From positions 1 through 28,875 of the forward strand of contig JAYWBH010000643.1 in assembly GCA_043781815.1 (NCBI GenBank): 28,875 bases of DNA, given 5' to 3'. The DNA comes from Bryobacterales bacterium (lineage in GTDB: Bacteria; Acidobacteriota; Terriglobia; Bryobacterales; Bryobacteraceae). The notes below the pieces were generated by a model. It worked only from the letters and a program-made list of their open reading frames with translations, ran no database searches and was not told where the DNA came from. The position numbers were made by a program, and so were the translations under genes. Of this stretch, positions 17,128-26,606 are shown piece after piece (positions within the stretch are counted from its first letter, which is position 1; each line of letters begins with the position of its first letter).

Positions 17128-18432
17128 TTGAATCAGACCGGCCGGATCAATCCAGAGCAGGCGTTAGCGGAGCATTTGCCGCCGCTCACCAGCCATGAGG
17201 CAATTGTAGAAGCGAACCGTTGTTTATTCTGCTACGACGCCCCTTGCACCCACGCCTGCCCCACTCACATTGATGTTCCTCGTTTTATCAAGAAGATTTC
17301 CACCGATAACCTGATCGGATCAGCCCGCACTATTTTAGATGCCAACCTGTTGGGTTCCACTTGCGCTCGCGTTTGCCCGGTTCAAGAATTGTGCGAAGGG
17401 GCCTGCGTATTAGGTTCGGAACATAAGCCCATCATGATCGGCAGGCTGCAGCGCTATGCGATGGATTATGTTGCCACGCGCGGTATTGATGTTTTCCAGC
17501 CCGGCCTTCCGACAGGGAAACGTGTTGCGGTAGTGGGCGCGGGGCCAGCGGGACTTTCCTGTGCAGGTAACCTGGCGCGGCTAGGCCACAGCGTCACGAT
17601 ATTTGAAAAGCGTGAATTGGCCGGTGGGCTTTCCACGTACGGCATCATCGCGCTGCGTGAGCCGGTGGACGCGTCGCTAGCTGAAGTGGAAATGATTAAG
17701 CGCTTAGGGGTCAAAGTAGAAACGGGGTTTGACCTGGGTGGCAATCTTCCGTTCACAGATCTTCAAAAGAATTTTGATGCAGTATTTCTTAGCGTGGGCT
17801 TGGGTGCAACGCCTGCCTTGAATATTCCAGGCGAAGAAAGTATTGTCGATGGGCTCTACTATATTGAACAGAGCAAGATCAACGCCGCCACCATGAAGAT
17901 CGGTCGCAACGTGGTGGTGATCGGCGCCGGGAATACGGCGATTGATTGCGCCACCATTGCTAAACGTCTGGGTGCGGAACGCGTGACCATGGTCTACCGC
18001 CGCACCGATAAAGAAATGACGGCTTACCCGCATGAATACGAGTTTGTGAAAAATGAAGGGGTTGAGTTTCGCTTTCTCACCCAACCGCTGGGCATGGTGG
18101 CAGGTGGGCTTCTATGTCAGCAAATGACGTTGGGCGCACCCGATGCTTCAGGTCGTCCTTCACCGGAACCCATCCCTGGCACTGACTTCATTCTGCCTGC
18201 CGACCAAGTGGTGAAGGCCATTGGGCAACAGAAATCATTGCTTGCCGCACAGCTTGGGTTGACCACTGAGAAAGGATTCATTCAGGTGGATCAACAGTTC
18301 CAAACCAGCATTCCTGGCGTTTACAGTGGTGGCGATTGCATTCGCGCCAAGGGTTCCGCATCCACCGTGATGGCTGTAGAAGACGGCAAATTGGCCGCCC
18401 AATCCATTCATAGGAAACTTACTCATGGCTGA
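17128..18432 (+). CDS. preT: Dihydropyrimidine dehydrogenase subunit A (GltD-like Fe-S flavoprotein)
   Basis: EANRCLFCYDAPCTHACP, CARVCP..ELCEGAC, Rossmann motifs GAGPAG and GAGNTA; directly upstream of preA. Probable TTG start at 17128 after GGGAGG (17118-17123). Confidence 0.9.
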   Translation: MNQTGRINPEQALAEHLPPLTSHEAIVEANRCLFCYDAPCTHACPTHIDVPRFIKKISTDNLIGSARTILDANLLGSTCARVCPVQELCEGACVLGSEHKPIMIGRLQRYAMDYVATRGIDVFQPGLPTGKRVAVVGAGPAGLSCAGNLARLGHSVTIFEKRELAGGLSTYGIIALREPVDASLAEVEMIKRLGVKVETGFDLGGNLPFTDLQKNFDAVFLSVGLGATPALNIPGEESIVDGLYYIEQSKINAATMKIGRNVVVIGAGNTAIDCATIAKRLGAERVTMVYRRTDKEMTAYPHEYEFVKNEGVEFRFLTQPLGMVAGGLLCQQMTLGAPDASGRPSPEPIPGTDFILPADQVVKAIGQQKSLLAAQLGLTTEKGFIQVDQQFQTSIPGVYSGGDCIRAKGSASTVMAVEDGKLAAQSIHRKLTHG

Positions 18433-19810
18433 TCTAAGCATCAACTTTGCTGGCATTAAATCGCCAAACCCCTTCTGGTTGGCCTCTGCACCACCCAGCA
18501 ATTCCGGGGCGCAGATTCACAAAGCCTTTGAAGCCGGCTGGGGTGGAGCTGTTTGGAAAACCATTGGCCCACCGGTGCTGAACGTTTCCAATCGCTATGG
18601 TGCCTGGCATTCGGGCAGTCAGAAAATGCTGGCCATCAACAACGTAGAATTGATTTCCGATCGTCCCATTGAAATCAATCTGCGGGAGATGGCTGAAGTG
18701 AAACGCGCCTGGCCTGATCGTGCGGTAATCGCATCGGCCATGGTGGAATCGAAGCGTGAGGCTTGGCACGATATTGTCCGTCGCATTGAAGACACCGGTG
18801 CCGATGGCATTGAGCTGAACTACGGCTGCCCGCATGGCATGAGTGAACGCGGCATGGGCAGTGCTGTTGGCCAAGTGCCGGAATATTGCGAACAGATCAC
18901 GTCGTGGGTAATGGAAGTTTCTAAGATTCCTGTGATTGTGAAGCTGACGCCGAACATAACTAACATCGTCATGCCAGCTCGCGCCGCAGTTGCAGCAAAG
19001 GCCAACGCATTGTCTTTGATCAATACGGTGAATTCTATTATCGGCGTGGATCTGGATACGCTTCAGTTGACGCCGAGCATCGGTGGCAAAGGCGGTCATG
19101 GTGGCTATGCCGGGCCAGCGGTGAAGCCCATCGCGTTAAACATGCTGGCTGCTTTAGGAACCGATCCTATAGTTGCTGGTTCCAGGTTGCCCATTTCAGG
19201 CATGGGCGGAATCGCAACCTGGAAGGACGCGGCGGAGTTCCTGCTGTTGGGCGCCAGCAGTCTGCAAGTTTGCACCGCAGTGATGCATTACGGATTTCGT
19301 ATTGTGGAAGATCTTTGTGACGGGCTTTCTAATTGGATGGATTCGAAAGGCTTTGCCACCATGGATGAAGTGATTGGCAAAAGCATCCATCGCGTTTCCG
19401 ATTTCAAGGACTTCGATTTATCTTTCCGCGCTGTGGCTCGCATTGATCAATCGAAGTGCATCAAGTGCGATATCTGCTATGTGGCTTGCAACGACACGGC
19501 CCACCAATGTATTGACCTGATTGATGCCAGTGGCAAAGTGGTGCCGCCGCATTCCTATGACGTGCGCTCCAATGGAAGGCAAGCCGCAGTGGAAACGCGT
19601 CCCATGGTTCTGGTTCGCGAAGCAGATTGCGTAGGCTGCCGACTGTGCTTTAACGTGTGCCCAGTGGATCATTGCATCACCATGGTGGAAGAACCTTCAG
19701 GTCGAACCTCCGTCACTTGGGATGAGATCTGCAAAGGTCAGCCGGAAGTAACTGAGGATTGGGAAAAGATGAAGCAGTATCGCGATCAGGTCGGCATTCA
19801 CATTCACTAA
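18425..19810 (+). CDS. preA: Dihydropyrimidine dehydrogenase subunit B
   Basis: NPFWLASAPP, GWGGAVWKT, NNVELISDR, ELNYGCPHGMSERGMG, VKLTPN, GGYAGPAVKPIAL; two ferredoxin motifs (CIKCDICYVAC, CVGCRLCFNVC). Confidence 0.95.
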   Translation: MADLSINFAGIKSPNPFWLASAPPSNSGAQIHKAFEAGWGGAVWKTIGPPVLNVSNRYGAWHSGSQKMLAINNVELISDRPIEINLREMAEVKRAWPDRAVIASAMVESKREAWHDIVRRIEDTGADGIELNYGCPHGMSERGMGSAVGQVPEYCEQITSWVMEVSKIPVIVKLTPNITNIVMPARAAVAAKANALSLINTVNSIIGVDLDTLQLTPSIGGKGGHGGYAGPAVKPIALNMLAALGTDPIVAGSRLPISGMGGIATWKDAAEFLLLGASSLQVCTAVMHYGFRIVEDLCDGLSNWMDSKGFATMDEVIGKSIHRVSDFKDFDLSFRAVARIDQSKCIKCDICYVACNDTAHQCIDLIDASGKVVPPHSYDVRSNGRQAAVETRPMVLVREADCVGCRLCFNVCPVDHCITMVEEPSGRTSVTWDEICKGQPEVTEDWEKMKQYRDQVGIHIH

Positions 19811-19816
19811 TAACTT

Positions 19817-21196
19817 ATGGCACTCCTAATTAAGAACGGCGAAGTAGTTACAGCAGACTCCCGCTATCATGCCGATATCTACGCGGAAAATGAGACCATC
19901 ACCCGCATTGGTACGAACTTGGAAGCGCCTCCTGATGCTGAGGTGATTGACGCCACCGGAAAGCTTGTCTTCCCTGGTTTCATTGATCCGCACGTCCATA
20001 TTTACTTGCCCTTCATGGCGACATTTGCCAAAGACACGCATGAAACCGGCAGCATCGCTGCGCTGATTGGCGGCACCACCACTTACCTTGAAATGTGTTG
20101 CCCAAATCGCAATGAAGATGCGCTGGAAGGTTATCATTTGTGGAAGTCCAAGGCAGAAGGTCATAGTGCCTGCGATTATTCCTTTCACATGTCAGTTACT
20201 AAGTACGGCGAGGAGACCGAATCGCAGTTACGGGAAATTGTTCGCGACGGCATTGCATCGTTCAAAATCTTCCTTGCTTACCAGAACTTCTTTGGTGTGG
20301 AAGATCGTGAAATGTACCAGACATTGACATTGGCGAAGAAGCTGGGGGCCATTGTAACTGCGCATTGCGAGAATGCTGAACTGGTGGGTCGCTTACAACA
20401 ACGTCTGCTAGCCGAGGGCAAGACTGGTCCTCAATGGCACGAGCCCAGCCGCCCTGAATCGGTTGAAGCGGAAGGAACGGGTCGCTTTGCAACATTTTTA
20501 GAAAACACCGGGGCAGCGGGGTATGTGGTTCATCTTTCCTGTGAACCGGCATTGAAGGCGGCAATGGCTGCCAAATCGCGCGGTGTGCGAATTTTTATAG
20601 AGTCTGTGATTCCGCATTTCATGCTGGATAAAACCTACGCTGAACGTAAAGGCGTGGAGGGGTTGAAGCACATTATGTCGCCGCCCCTGCGAGACAAGCG
20701 CAACCAGAAAATATTGTGGACCGCCTTGGCCCAAGGGTTTATTGACACGGTGGGAACCGATCATTGCCCCTTCGATACAGAACAAAAGTTGCTGGGCAAA
20801 GCAGTATTCACCAACATCCCCAACGGCATCCCAGCGATTGAAGATCGCGTGAATCTGCTCTATACGTATGGAGTGAATCGTGGCCCGTTAGATCTGCACC
20901 GTTTCGTCGATGCCGCCAGCACCCGTGCCGCCAAGATCTTCGGACTGTTCCCGCGCAAGGGCACCATCGCGGTGGGCAGTGATGCTGACTTGGTTGTTTA
21001 CGATCCGTCAGCAAAAGGCATTATTTCCGCCAGCACGCAGCACGTCAACAACGACTACAACGGGTTTGAAGGAATGATGATTGAAGGCCGACCAACAGAA
21101 GTTACAGTGCGTGGCAAGGTGCAAGTGCGCAATGGGGAATTCATAGGGGAACGCGGCAGGGGCAAGTTGTTGAAGCGCGAAGGGAGTTACTTTTAA
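19817..21196 (+). CDS. hydA: Dihydropyrimidinase (D-hydantoinase)
   Basis: Amidohydrolase motifs DPHVH, SFKIF (carbamylated Lys), HCEN, VVH, GTDHCPF, IPNGIP; adjacent to preTA. Confidence 0.95.
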   Translation: MALLIKNGEVVTADSRYHADIYAENETITRIGTNLEAPPDAEVIDATGKLVFPGFIDPHVHIYLPFMATFAKDTHETGSIAALIGGTTTYLEMCCPNRNEDALEGYHLWKSKAEGHSACDYSFHMSVTKYGEETESQLREIVRDGIASFKIFLAYQNFFGVEDREMYQTLTLAKKLGAIVTAHCENAELVGRLQQRLLAEGKTGPQWHEPSRPESVEAEGTGRFATFLENTGAAGYVVHLSCEPALKAAMAAKSRGVRIFIESVIPHFMLDKTYAERKGVEGLKHIMSPPLRDKRNQKILWTALAQGFIDTVGTDHCPFDTEQKLLGKAVFTNIPNGIPAIEDRVNLLYTYGVNRGPLDLHRFVDAASTRAAKIFGLFPRKGTIAVGSDADLVVYDPSAKGIISASTQHVNNDYNGFEGMMIEGRPTEVTVRGKVQVRNGEFIGERGRGKLLKREGSYF

Positions 21197-21200
21197 TTGT

Positions 21201-21219
21201 GGTAGCAATATGCTACCTT
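21201..21219 (+). promoter_or_regulatory. Palindromic putative operator overlapping an extended -10 upstream of the ParD-like gene
   Basis: GGTAGCA-ATA-TGCTACC (21201-21217). TG-C-TACCTT (21211-21219) ends 5 nt before the ATG at 21225. No SD. Confidence 0.55.
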
Positions 21220-21224
21220 AAGAT

Positions 21225-21608
21225 ATGAGCCAGCCAGTAAAACTCTCCGACGGTCTTGTCCTTGATGCCCGTATGGCAGGGGATGTTATGGAACGCTCTA
21301 TTGCCGGGCAGGTGGAATTCTGGGCGAAACTTGGTCGCACAGTGGAAACGCTTCTTGAAGGTCAGCAGGTTATGGACCTTTGCCGAAAAGGGGCAGTTCG
21401 CCCCCTCTCAGAATGCTTGGAATCCGTGGACACGCCCGCCGGACGCGAACGTGTTGCCGCCTACTTGCAATCACAACCCTTTCCTCATTACGAACAGCAC
21501 TCACACCTTCCAGGGTTGCTTACCCGCATTGATGATAAAGGCCAGCGAACCATCGGGCGGTTCGTAAATCGCCAATTTCAACCGGTCAAGGTTAAGACGA
21601 CCCGATGA
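21225..21608 (+). CDS. ParD-like (RHH) antitoxin family protein
   Basis: MSQPVKLSD.LVLDAR..G....RSIAGQVEFWAKLGR, the characteristic N-terminus of the ParD_like family. Confidence 0.8.
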   Translation: MSQPVKLSDGLVLDARMAGDVMERSIAGQVEFWAKLGRTVETLLEGQQVMDLCRKGAVRPLSECLESVDTPAGRERVAAYLQSQPFPHYEQHSHLPGLLTRIDDKGQRTIGRFVNRQFQPVKVKTTR

Positions 21609-22186
21609 ACATCGCGCTGCTTAACCAGCGTCCTATCATTGTTGCAATCGCGGGACCGAATGGAGCGGGGAAAACTACGTTTTACCACTCTCAAATCCAA
21701 GCTGCCGGGCTGCGATTTATCAATGCTGACGTCTTAACTCGCGAGTTGGTTGTTGATGCCTATACTGCTGCCCGTGTGGCCGATTCTCTGCGGCGAGAAC
21801 TTGTGCAACAGAGGGAGAGCTTCGTGTTTGAAACGGTTTTCTCCGATCCCATTGGAGACAAATTGGCCTTCCTCAAGCATGCATCTGAGGTGGGCTATAC
21901 GACCGTACTCTGCTTCATTGGCATCTCAGGAGTAATGATTTCTGAACAACGTGTGGCGTTGAGGATTTCTCAAGGTGGGCACGATGTTCCGAGTGAAAAA
22001 CTGATTGATCGCTTTCCGCGCACGATGGCAAATTTGAAGTCTGCGCTCAGAGTTTTACCGAAAATATTGATTTTCGATAACGACGATTTGCGCACGCCGT
22101 TCCGCCAAGTGGCAAGTTTTGAAGCGGGCCAACTCCAAAAACTCTACAAGCCGGTACCAAAGTGGTTGAAGCCAATGTTCCCGTAG
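21605..22186 (+). CDS. Zeta-toxin-like P-loop kinase / AAA ATPase (COG4185-like)
   Basis: IAGPNGAGKTT, INAD, FVFETVFS, RV..R...GGHDVP, IFDN; ATGA-coupled to the ParD-like gene. Confidence 0.85.
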   Translation: MNIALLNQRPIIVAIAGPNGAGKTTFYHSQIQAAGLRFINADVLTRELVVDAYTAARVADSLRRELVQQRESFVFETVFSDPIGDKLAFLKHASEVGYTTVLCFIGISGVMISEQRVALRISQGGHDVPSEKLIDRFPRTMANLKSALRVLPKILIFDNDDLRTPFRQVASFEAGQLQKLYKPVPKWLKPMFP

Positions 22187-22206
22187 CCGTATCCTTAAAA
22201 GATACG

Positions 22207-23451
22207 ATGCTACTCAATCCCAAACGAACCATCGAAGAACTTAAAGAACTCCGCACGCTCACCGCTGATGACAATGGAGCCCAGCGTGTTGCCTGGACCG
22301 ATACCTGGCTGCGTGCTCGGGCCTGGTTTGAGGCAAAGCTCAACGGCCTGCCCGTGGAGCATCACTACGATGCGGCGGGCAACAGTTGGGTTACTCTACG
22401 CGGCGAATCGGAGAAGACGCTGATCATTGGTGGTCACATCGATTCCGTTCCCAATGGCGGATGGCTTGATGGTTGCCTGGACCTTCTTGCTGGCCTGGAA
22501 ATTCTGCGCCGTTTTAATACAGAATACAATGGACGTCCACCGCTGACTATTCGCGTGGTCGATTGGGCCGACGAAGAAGGCGCGCGCTTTGGACGCAGCC
22601 TGCTTGGCTCTTCTGCATTTGCCGGGACACATTCCATTGCGGCAGATCGCAGTCGCACCGATAAAGACGGCATTCGTCTTGAAGACGCCCTGCGTCGTTG
22701 TGGTGTGGAGATTGACCGTTTCCCCGATGCCACTCGCGAACAAAAGAACGCCGCAGCCTACCTGGAACTTCACATTGAACAAGGCCCTGTCCTTGAAGAT
22801 TTAGGATTGCCGCTGGGCGTGGTGTTGGGCACCAAAGGTGTGGAACGGCACGCCATCACATTCCATGGTCAAGAGGCGCACTCCGGTTCAACTCCCATGA
22901 ACGTACGTCGCGACGCGTTGGCTGCAGCGGCAAAGTTGGCCCTGGAAATTCGTAACATTGCCGGAAAGCATTCCGATGCCGTCTGCACTATGGGTAGCGT
23001 GAAAACGTTCCCAGGCATTGTCACCGCAGTGGTGGGCCGTTGCGAAACCACATTGGATCAGCGCGATTTGGACGCGACCGTTCTAGCGCAAATGTTCGCT
23101 GAAGCGAAGCAGGCATCAACCCGTTTCGCCGCTGAAGAAAGGTGCACTGTGGAATGGTCCCGCATCTGGAACATTGAACCCGTACCGTTCCATGCTCAAC
23201 TGGTGGAATTTTGCGCGCAGGCCGTTACGGAAACCGCAGGCACTTGCCATCGTCTGCCGTCTGGCCCACTTCACGACGCCGCAGAAGTTGCCCGTGCCGG
23301 AATTCCTTCTGTGATGATGTTCGTTCAATCGTTGGGGGGCATCAGTCACAACAAGATTGAAGATACTCGGGAAGAACATTTGGAAATGGCGGTTACGGCG
23401 CTGGATCGGTTGGCGACCAAGACTGCGATCTGGATACTCAATCAGGGATGA
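22207..23451 (+). CDS. pydC: M20-family Zn-dependent amidohydrolase, probably beta-ureidopropionase (N-carbamoyl-amino acid hydrolase)
   Basis: GGHIDSV, GWLDG, DEEG, LELHIEQGP, HSG, GPLHDA, GGISH motifs. Substrate and symbol are inferred from preTA-hydA context. Start moved to the ATG at 22207. Confidence 0.85.
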   Translation: MLLNPKRTIEELKELRTLTADDNGAQRVAWTDTWLRARAWFEAKLNGLPVEHHYDAAGNSWVTLRGESEKTLIIGGHIDSVPNGGWLDGCLDLLAGLEILRRFNTEYNGRPPLTIRVVDWADEEGARFGRSLLGSSAFAGTHSIAADRSRTDKDGIRLEDALRRCGVEIDRFPDATREQKNAAAYLELHIEQGPVLEDLGLPLGVVLGTKGVERHAITFHGQEAHSGSTPMNVRRDALAAAAKLALEIRNIAGKHSDAVCTMGSVKTFPGIVTAVVGRCETTLDQRDLDATVLAQMFAEAKQASTRFAAEERCTVEWSRIWNIEPVPFHAQLVEFCAQAVTETAGTCHRLPSGPLHDAAEVARAGIPSVMMFVQSLGGISHNKIEDTREEHLEMAVTALDRLATKTAIWILNQG

Positions 23452-24167
23452 GCCTTCCCACACTGCGCACGATTTTGGAACTTCCTGCATTCCGGGAAGC
23501 CGAACTTTTGAGCGGTCACACCAAACTGGATCGAGTCATTGGCTGGGTTCACGTGGCTGAAGTCTTGGATGCCTGGCGCTTTCTTTCCGGTGGGGAACTG
23601 ATACTCAGCACTGGCGTAGAACTTGCTCGTGTCAGTCCTGAAGAACAGAGCAAGTTTTTACGCGCACTGGATCAGGCGGGTGCTCATGGCTTGGCAATCG
23701 AACTGGGGCAGTGGATGCGCCAGGTGCCTACGGAACTTCTGGACACAGCCCGACAATTGGATTTTCCGCTACTGGCCTTTCATGCCGAAGTACGATTTGC
23801 TGATCTGACCCGTGCTGCGCACGAACGAATTTTGCGGCCAAGTTCCGACCCTCAAAATGATCCACCGCTTCAGTCCATACTTGATGCGTTGATTGAGACT
23901 GGTCGTGACAAACATTTTCTGGCACGCCAGTTGGGTCCGTTACTACTGCTGCCCAGTCGCCCGAAAGCAACGTTGGTTGCAACACTGGAAGCCCTGCTTG
24001 AAACCAGTTTCAACATCGCCCAAGCAGCGCGGCGCTTAGGCGTAAGGCGGCAAAGTATTTATTACCGGTTGGATCAACTTCATGGATTGCTAGGGCCGCT
24101 GGATAATCAAGAACGCTACGTAGGCCTTGCGATTGCGCTAGCTCTGCTTCGTCGTGATGCCGTCTAA
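23448..24167 (+). CDS. PucR-family transcriptional regulator (PucR sensor + C-terminal HTH), 239 aa
   Basis: N-terminal LDR.I.WVHV.E....FL.GGELILSTG; C-terminal LxxTLEALL....NIAQAARRLGVRRQSIYYRL; ATGA overlap with the hydrolase. Confidence 0.88.
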   Translation: MSLPTLRTILELPAFREAELLSGHTKLDRVIGWVHVAEVLDAWRFLSGGELILSTGVELARVSPEEQSKFLRALDQAGAHGLAIELGQWMRQVPTELLDTARQLDFPLLAFHAEVRFADLTRAAHERILRPSSDPQNDPPLQSILDALIETGRDKHFLARQLGPLLLLPSRPKATLVATLEALLETSFNIAQAARRLGVRRQSIYYRLDQLHGLLGPLDNQERYVGLAIALALLRRDAV

Positions 24168-24173
24168 AACCAA

Positions 24174-25691
24174 TTAAGGAGCAATCCAAACTGGTAAATC
24201 AACCGCTGCCGTTTGCCCTGCTTCCACATGAACCACCGCGGCCTTGCTCAGTTCCAACAGATCTTCATCCAATTCATCCACATCGAAACTGCACAATATC
24301 CGGTAGTCCCCTGGTGGAAGACTTTCGAAACGAAACTGACCCGTAGTATCGGCCAGCACTACTAAATATGGGCTGCCTAGCGACCTACGAGCCGCATCGC
24401 CTACTGGTGCCAAAAACACCGGTGCCCCAACTATGGGTTTCCCATCGGTCATCACTTTGCCGCTGACCTGGCTGGCACGGTCCGACACAACCACTCTGAT
24501 TCGTGAAGCACCTCGTGATTCTACAATTACCTCGTACCAATCAGGACTGCGCTCCGTTTTTGAAGGTCGCCTGGAAGTAACGAAAGGCTGTGCAATGGAT
24601 TCCACATACTGACCACTCGGCACTTGAGCGCGGAACTCCCAATGCCCTGGGGCAAGTGCCGTTCGTGGAGTTTTTATTTCCTGCACGACTTCTGTTTCCG
24701 CTAAGTCCTGACGGCGTCCTATTAACTTATAGTTGATATTGGTAACGGCGTTGGAACCGGCTCGGCGGATCTCAAACTCCATTGTTGGGGGTTGCAATAA
24801 TAGTATGTTGACTGAATCGTCATTCCGTCCCAGAGTAAGTTCCACAAAGCCCGCTAACCTTCCATCCTTCAAGGTTGCAAATACTTCGTAATTGCCCATG
24901 GCCAACCCCTCAAAACCGTACTTTTCACCGCACGTTACTGAAATACTTCGACGACCGGTTTCAGAGGATATGGATACGGATGCAGGTTCAAACATGTTAT
25001 CGCAAGTAACTGAGCCGCCCAGGTGGAATAGGGATCCTGGTTCTGGAGTAACATCGGCATAAGCGGTGTCGGCATCCACACTTACTCTATGTATGCGGGC
25101 ATCCCGCAATTCGCGTCCCTGAGGGCCATAAGTTGGCGACCAACCAGTGCCATCTTCGAGTATGTGCCCGCCGGAACGAATCCAATATTTGCCTGGGCTA
25201 AGGCCGTGAATTCGATACACACCACGGTCATCCGACGTCCCAGATGCAACAGGTCGCAACGGCAACTTGGCGCGATAGGCAACCACGGGAACTCCAGTAG
25301 TGCCAATGCCATTTTCGTCCAGCACGCGCCCCGTGAGGGCACCTTTATGGCGCATGCGCAGCTCAGCGAAAAGGGAGGAATCGGCAGTAACCTCAATGGG
25401 AGTTCCGTGACCGATGGGGAGTCTTTGCCCATACGCAGCAGGGAAATATCCTTGACGATTGGCACTGAGAATATAGATCCCCGGAGCAATGGAGGGAAAC
25501 AAAAATTGACCGCTTCTACCCGCTCTTACTGATATCGGTACACGGGCAACACCATCGGCTTGTGGCACAGCATCCAGTCGGATGACGGTTCGCGACGCCG
25601 CGCGCCCTGAGGCATGTTCGATCACTACGCCTTGAATGGTTCCAGCATCAAGCGGGAAGATCGCGATTACTAGAACCAGAATGCGAAGCAT
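24174..25691 (-). CDS. Secreted carboxypeptidase-regulatory-like-domain (beta-sandwich repeat) protein
   Basis: Signal peptide; repeated G.V.D..G / TDDRGVYRIHGLSPGKY / DTTGQFRFESLPPGDY units, common in Acidobacteria. Confidence 0.8.
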   Translation of the reverse strand: MLRILVLVIAIFPLDAGTIQGVVIEHASGRAASRTVIRLDAVPQADGVARVPISVRAGRSGQFLFPSIAPGIYILSANRQGYFPAAYGQRLPIGHGTPIEVTADSSLFAELRMRHKGALTGRVLDENGIGTTGVPVVAYRAKLPLRPVASGTSDDRGVYRIHGLSPGKYWIRSGGHILEDGTGWSPTYGPQGRELRDARIHRVSVDADTAYADVTPEPGSLFHLGGSVTCDNMFEPASVSISSETGRRSISVTCGEKYGFEGLAMGNYEVFATLKDGRLAGFVELTLGRNDDSVNILLLQPPTMEFEIRRAGSNAVTNINYKLIGRRQDLAETEVVQEIKTPRTALAPGHWEFRAQVPSGQYVESIAQPFVTSRRPSKTERSPDWYEVIVESRGASRIRVVVSDRASQVSGKVMTDGKPIVGAPVFLAPVGDAARRSLGSPYLVVLADTTGQFRFESLPPGDYRILCSFDVDELDEDLLELSKAAVVHVEAGQTAAVDLPVWIAP

Positions 25692-25748
25692 ATGAATAAG
25701 ACGAAGCCGTCACGTCCTTCGTTGAGGGGAATCTGCAAGGTCCAAATG

Positions 25749-26606
25749 TTAGTGGTGCCAGTCCCCAACACAGCGGAACCCAGTGGAACTATCGCCTTCA
25801 CCATTCAACCCGCCCCAGGCTCGGTTGGAAACGCGCACTGGCTGCTGGCCACTGCTCCAAGCACCCCCGCGTCCGACTCGACGTTTCTCCGTTACCATTG
25901 GTGGACCTAACGGATCACGCATCGGGCTTTGGGCATAATATTTCGGATCATACCAATCGGCAACCCACTCCCACACGTTGCCCAGCATGTCGTAAAGTCC
26001 CCACGCGTTGGCATCTTTCAACGCCACTGGTTGTGTTTGATGCTGTCCATACCATGCAATCCGATTCAATTCGACCTTGGGTAATGTAGAGCCTCCTGCG
26101 CGAGCGGCATATTCCCATTCAGCCTCGGTCGGCAAGCGCATTCCGATGGCTTGGCAGTAAGTCTTCGCCTGTTCCCAATCTAAATTTTCTACTGGTCGGT
26201 CAGCACCTTTGAAGACACTGGGATTCCACTTACTAACTCGCAAAAAGGCTGACTGAGTAACTTCTGTTTGTCCTATCCAGTAACTGTTACTTATCTCCAC
26301 TTCATGCGCAGGATTCTCATCCAGATCACAAGGGGCATCCCCTGCGGAACAACCCATGATGAAACGTCCCGCCGGAAGGAACACATACCGCAAACCATCT
26401 GCGGGATTCACTTCAACGCTGCCAACTCGCGTACCTTGCAAACGCAGCAGTTCATTTTGGAGATCCTGAATCCGATTCATGGTGGAAGCTTGGCCCACCA
26501 TACGAAGTTCCTCGCTCCGATCGCGCTCTTTGCGCCAATGCCAGCATAGATAGAGCAATAGCCCGAAGACGAACAAACCCGCCATACGAATCGACCAGCG
26601 GCTCAT
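25749..26606 (-). CDS. Membrane-anchored formylglycine-generating-enzyme (SUMF1/EgtB/PvdO) family protein, probably non-catalytic
   Basis: F.MG, TEVTQ, RLPTEAEWEYAARAG, NAWGLYDMLGNVWEWV, RGGAW, GFRC. The FGE catalytic cysteine motif is absent. The ATG at 26606 overlaps the upstream stop (ATGA). Confidence 0.88.
   Translation of the reverse strand: MSRWSIRMAGLFVFGLLLYLCWHWRKERDRSEELRMVGQASTMNRIQDLQNELLRLQGTRVGSVEVNPADGLRYVFLPAGRFIMGCSAGDAPCDLDENPAHEVEISNSYWIGQTEVTQSAFLRVSKWNPSVFKGADRPVENLDWEQAKTYCQAIGMRLPTEAEWEYAARAGGSTLPKVELNRIAWYGQHQTQPVALKDANAWGLYDMLGNVWEWVADWYDPKYYAQSPMRDPLGPPMVTEKRRVGRGGAWSSGQQPVRVSNRAWGGLNGEGDSSTGFRCVGDWHH

Noticed and set aside
17466-19672. Minus-strand ORFs opposite preT/preA (e.g. 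18434..19099)
   Set aside because: Antisense shadows of well-supported genes.
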